From positions 1,072,695-1,096,694 of the forward strand of contig NZ_CP022355.1 of assembly GCF_002216855.1 (NCBI RefSeq): DNA of 24,000 bases. The letters are read 5' to 3'. Below the pieces are notes generated by a model. It was not told where the DNA came from. It saw only the letters and a program-made list of their open reading frames with translations, and ran no database searches. Positions 20,245 through 24,000 of the stretch are shown piece after piece. The stretch is from Paraphotobacterium marinum. GTDB lineage: Bacteria > Pseudomonadota > Gammaproteobacteria > Enterobacterales > Vibrionaceae. Each line of letters opens with the position of its first letter. The stretch's first letter is position 1. The position numbers and the translations under genes are program-made.

Positions 20245-20997
20245 GTGAACAATTTTAATCTCGAAAAAATTTTAAATGAGTTTTTGGATATTAAAAATAT
20301 TAAAGATTATTGCCCAAATGGGCTTCAAGTTCAGGGTAGAAGTGATATTAAAAATATTATTTTAGGCGTAACTGCATGTGAAGATTTAATTGATGTTGCA
20401 ATTCGAGAAAAGGCAGATGCGTTAATAGTTCATCATGGATATTTTTGGAAGAATGAATCAAGCGTTATAACCAAAATGAAATATCACAGAATATCTAAAC
20501 TTATTAAAAATGATATAAATTTATTTGCTTATCATTTACCCTTAGATATATCAAAACATGTTGGTAATAATGTTGAGTTTGCAAAGTCCTTGAATTTGAT
20601 TATTAATGGGCCCTTACCTGACAATAATGTTATTTTATCGGCTTGCACAGAAACTCCTGAAAATATCGAGCAATTTGTCAAGCGTTTAAACTTTTTATTA
20701 GACAGAGATGCTTTATTGATTAGCCCAGATAATAAATCAAAACAAATAAGTAAGGTAGCAATATGTACTGGAGGTGGTCAGGACTTTATAGATTTAGCAG
20801 CTGATAATGAATTTGATCTGTTCATTTCAGGAGAAATTTCAGAAAGAACTTATCATATAGCAAAAGAAAGAAACATTTATTATTGCGCCGCTGGGCATCA
20901 CGCAACCGAAACCTTTGGTGTTAACAGCCTATCAACCTGGCTTCAATCTAATTTGAAGTTAAATGCTAAGTTTGTAGATATAAAAAATCCTGTTTAA
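20245..20997 (+). CDS. ybgI: NIF3/YbgI family metal-binding protein (GTP cyclohydrolase I type 2-like)
   Basis: CPNGLQVQGRSDIKNIILGVTACEDLIDVAI, LIVHHGYFW, YHLPLDISKHVGNN, GHHATETFGV; 250 aa. Confidence 0.92.
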   Translation: MNNFNLEKILNEFLDIKNIKDYCPNGLQVQGRSDIKNIILGVTACEDLIDVAIREKADALIVHHGYFWKNESSVITKMKYHRISKLIKNDINLFAYHLPLDISKHVGNNVEFAKSLNLIINGPLPDNNVILSACTETPENIEQFVKRLNFLLDRDALLISPDNKSKQISKVAICTGGGQDFIDLAADNEFDLFISGEISERTYHIAKERNIYYCAAGHHATETFGVNSLSTWLQSNLKLNAKFVDIKNPV

Positions 20998-21010
20998 AAC
21001 AGGATTTTTA
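20982..21010. terminator. Bidirectional terminator between convergent ybgI and gltA
   Basis: AAAAATCCTG-TTTAAAA-CAGGATTTTT hairpin with A/T tracts on both sides; overlaps the ybgI stop codon. Confidence 0.85.
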
Positions 21011-21018
21011 AACTCAAA

Positions 21019-22307
21019 TTATTCCCTTTCATGTATTGGACTAAAATCTCTTTTTGATTCCCCGGTGTATAACTGTCTTGGACGACCAATTCTAAATAGA
21101 GGATCTTTGTGCATTTCAAGCCAATGAGAAATCCAACCAACAGTTCTAGCAACTGCAAAAATAACTGTAAACATCGAAGTGGGAATTCCTATTGCCTTTA
21201 GTATTATTCCAGAATAAAAGTCCACATTAGGATATAATTTTTTCTCAATGAAATATTCGTCTGATAATGCAATTTTTTCAAGCTCCATTGCAACATCCAA
21301 CAAAGGATCTTTAATGTTGAGTTCTTTAAGAACGTTATGACAAGTTTCCCTCATTACTGTAGCTCTTGGATCGTAATTTTTGTAGACTCGGTGACCAAAG
21401 CCCATTAATCTAAATGGATCATTTTTGTCTTTAGCTTTGTCGACATACTCTTTTATATTTTCAACACTACCTATTTGCTCAAGCATTTTTAAGCAAGCTT
21501 CATTAGCACCACCGTGTGCAGGTCCCCAAAGCGATGCTATTCCTGCAGCAATACATGCAAAAGGGTTTGCTCCAGATGAACCAGCAAGTCTAACAGTTGT
21601 CGTTGAAGCATTTTGCTCATGATCAGCATGAAGAGTAAAGATAACATCCATCGCTTTTGCAACAGTAGGGTTGACTTCATATTTTTCACATGGTGTGGCG
21701 AACATCATATGAAGAAAATTTTCTGCATAACCAAGGTCATTTTGTGGGAACATAAAAGGTTGACCATTTGTATATTTGAAACACATTGCAGCGAGGGTTG
21801 GCATTTTTGCTACTAATCGAAATGCTGCTACCTCTCTATGTTTCTCATTGGATACATCTAGTGAATCGTGATAAAAAGCTGATAATGCACCTACTACTCC
21901 ACACATTATAGCCATGGGGTGTGCGTCTCTTCTAAAACCTTGAAAAAAGAAGCGATCTGCTGATGTACCATAGTATGTCTAGTAATTGTATTTTTAAAAG
22001 ACTCATACTCTTCCTTGGAAGGAGCCTGCCCATATATAAGGATATAACAAACTTCTAAATAATTTGCTTTCTTCGCAAGTTCATCGATTGGATATCCTCG
22101 GTGAAGAAGAATTCCTTTGTTGCCATCAATATAAGTGATTTTTGATTCACAAGATGCTGTAGATAGGAAACCAGGATCATATGTATAAATTCCATTTTTT
22201 CCTAGGCTTTGAATATCAATAACTTTATATCCATATGTACCTTCTAAAACAGGAAATTCTCCAAGTGTTTCATCATTACAATTAAAGTTTACTAATTTAT
22301 TGGTCAT
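21019..22307 (-). CDS. gltA: Citrate synthase, interrupted by an apparent 1-nt frameshift at 21942-21948
   Basis: N-part ORF 21906..22307 ([30 protein letters not shown]...[17 protein letters not shown]) and C-part ORF frame ending 21019 ([21 protein letters not shown]...[14 protein letters not shown]...[17 protein letters not shown]). Together they cover the whole of GltA; a -1 shift at U UUU UUC joins them as [23 protein letters not shown]. Confidence 0.93.
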
Positions 22308-22393
22308 TTGACTTCCTTAGTGACAAAAATTATGAATTTGTTAATGTTAACCATATTAAACTAAGTTACACCAATGATGTAACAATCATTTTT

Positions 22394-22449
22394 GATAAAT
22401 GAGATATCATTTATTTTAAGCATTATAAATGATAAATAAGATATTATTT
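22394..22449. repeat. Direct near-repeats plus embedded inverted repeat in gltA-sdhC intergenic region
   Basis: GATAAATGAGATATCATTT (22394-22412) and GATAAATAAGATATTATTT (22431-22449), 17/19 identical, period 37 bp; ATAAATGA-GATA-TCATTTAT perfect 8-bp inverted repeat at 22395-22414. Confidence 0.6.
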
Positions 22450-22657
22450 TTTATATTTATTATTTCAAAAATAAAGATTATAATTTTTTCAGGAATATTT
22501 AAAGCATTTGTGCCATAAACAAGGCTAATTAATTCATTTATTCTTTTTTTGGGTATTAGATCACATTAGCTAGTCTTATTATTCAAATAAATGGCTTTTA
22601 ACGCTAACATATGTTCCGCCAATAAATATATTCTAATAATACAAACGGAGATAAATT

Positions 22658-23038
22658 GTGAAAAGTCAAAAGGTTCGTCCGACTAATCTTGATTTGACGA
22701 CTATCAAACAGCCAGTTTCGGCCATTGCTTCAATTCTTCATAGAATTTCTGGTGTCATTAACTTTATTCTTGTAGGGTTTTTGCTTATTTTGCTAGATTT
22801 CTCTTTACAATCCTCAAACAACTATCAGTCGATTGTTTCATTTTTACATAATTATTTTGTAATTTTTATTATGTGGGGATTCTTAACAGCTCTAACTTAT
22901 CATCTATTTGCCGGCATTAGACACATGCTCATGGATTTAGGGTATTTTGAAGAAATAGCCTCAGGTAGAAAAAGTGCCATAGTAGTTATGATTATAACAA
23001 TTATTTTTTCTCTAATCATTTTGGGAGCTTTAGTATGA
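22658..23038 (+). CDS. sdhC: Succinate dehydrogenase cytochrome b556 subunit
   Basis: KSQKVRPTNLDLTTIKQPVSAIASILHRISGV, TYHLFAGIRHMLMDLG; GTG start with CGGAG RBS; followed by sdhD and sdhA. Confidence 0.96.
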   Translation: MKSQKVRPTNLDLTTIKQPVSAIASILHRISGVINFILVGFLLILLDFSLQSSNNYQSIVSFLHNYFVIFIMWGFLTALTYHLFAGIRHMLMDLGYFEEIASGRKSAIVVMIITIIFSLIILGALV

Positions 23039-23382
23039 TTAAGCAAGCATCTTCATTTGGACGAAATGGTGTGCAAGACTATGTATTCACACGTGCAACT
23101 GCAGTCATCATTGTATTATATGTCTTGTGGATTGTAGGGTTTATGTTATTTAAATCAGATGGTTCCTTTATTCAGTGGAAAAGTTTTTTTGAAAGTAATT
23201 TTAATAAAGTGTTTACGATTATCACCTTAATATCAATTCTTATTCATGCTTGGATTGGGCTTTGGCAAGTTTTTACAGATTATGTCAAAAACACCTTATT
23301 GAGGGCAATTTTACAATTTTTTGTTGTAACAATTCTATTAATTTACGTGATTTATGGTTTTTTTATTTTGTGGGGAGCTTAA
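23035..23382 (+). CDS. sdhD: Succinate dehydrogenase membrane anchor subunit
   Basis: SSFGRNGVQDYVFTRATAVIIVLYVLW, HAWIGLWQVFTDYVK; ATGA overlap with sdhC stop. Confidence 0.95.
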   Translation: MIKQASSFGRNGVQDYVFTRATAVIIVLYVLWIVGFMLFKSDGSFIQWKSFFESNFNKVFTIITLISILIHAWIGLWQVFTDYVKNTLLRAILQFFVVTILLIYVIYGFFILWGA

Positions 23383-24000
23383 ATGAATATTCCAGTAAGA
23401 GAGTTTGACGCTATAGTTATTGGTGCTGGTGGAGCTGGGATGAGAGCAGCTCTTCAAATTTCTGAACAAGGTTTGTCTTGTGCACTATTGTCAAAGGTAT
23501 TTCCAACGCGTTCGCATACAGTTTCGGCTCAAGGAGGGATAACGGTTGCATTGGGTAATTCGCACAAAGATGATTGGCAGTGGCATATGTATGATACAGT
23601 CAAAGGTTCTGATTATATTGGTGACCAAGCTGCAATTGAATATATGTGTCATCAAGGACCAAAATCTGTAGTAGAGCTTGAAAAAATGGGTCTTCCTTTT
23701 TCAAGGTTTGATAATGGAACTATATACCAAAGACCGTTTGGTGGTCAATCTAAAGAGTTTGGTGGTGAGCAAGCAGCTCGTACAGCTGCCTGTGCTGATA
23801 GAACGGGCCATGCGTTACTTCATACACTTTATCAACAAAACATAAAACATAAGACAACAATTTTTTCTGAATGGTACGCTTTAGATTTGGTAAAAAATCA
23901 AGATGGTGTTGTCGTTGGTGCAACAGCAATTTGTATAGAAACAGGCGAAGTTAATTATTTTAAAGCTAAAGCTACAGTATTAGCCACTGGCGGTGCTGGA
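23383..24000 (+). CDS. sdhA: Succinate dehydrogenase flavoprotein subunit, 5' part (continues beyond window)
   Basis: [87 protein letters not shown]; absent from ORF track because it runs off the right edge. Confidence 0.96.
   Translation, partial: MNIPVREFDAIVIGAGGAGMRAALQISEQGLSCALLSKVFPTRSHTVSAQGGITVALGNSHKDDWQWHMYDTVKGSDYIGDQAAIEYMCHQGPKSVVELEKMGLPFSRFDNGTIYQRPFGGQSKEFGGEQAARTAACADRTGHALLHTLYQQNIKHKTTIFSEWYALDLVKNQDGVVVGATAICIETGEVNYFKAKATVLATGGAG

Noticed and set aside
21913-21919. gltA frameshift at the CCCC ATGG position, and translational restart at ATG 21915
   Set aside because: Reading the downstream frame further upstream recovers the conserved [12 protein letters not shown], so the break is at the T6 run 21943-21948. 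The ATG at 21915 is a conserved internal Met, not a natural start.

Overview
This window is an AT-rich segment of what looks like a gammaproteobacterial chromosome, with dense housekeeping genes in a largely Enterobacterales/Vibrionales-like order. Left to right: dnaX (3' part)-ybaB-recR-htpG-adk-hemH-gsk; asnB-nagA-nagB (minus); nagE-mpg-glnS; fur-fldA-small membrane protein-ybfF (minus); seqA-pgm-ybgI; gltA (minus); sdhC-sdhD-sdhA (5' part). I see no phage, transposon, CRISPR, toxin-antitoxin or defence locus, and no obviously novel multi-gene system. The most interesting signal is a set of homopolymer/frameshift features. (1) dnaX has an uninterrupted A11 tract at the position of the E. coli tau/gamma frameshift site, and both alternative frames stop within a few codons. 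(2) seqA is split into N- and C-terminal reading frames exactly at an A_AAA_AAA heptamer followed immediately by UAA; a -1 shift restores a full-length, gap-free SeqA. (3) gltA is split at a U_UUU_UUC heptamer; a -1 shift restores the conserved FFxGFRRDxHPM segment. (2) and (3) could be assembly/sequencing indels, real pseudogenisation, or genes rescued by ribosomal or transcriptional slippage, and the sequence alone cannot decide. Other points of interest are a sigma-32-like promoter before htpG, a NagE lacking its IIA domain with nagC/nagD absent, a 20-bp perfect inverted repeat between nagA and asnB, and repeated motifs in the gltA-sdhC intergenic region.
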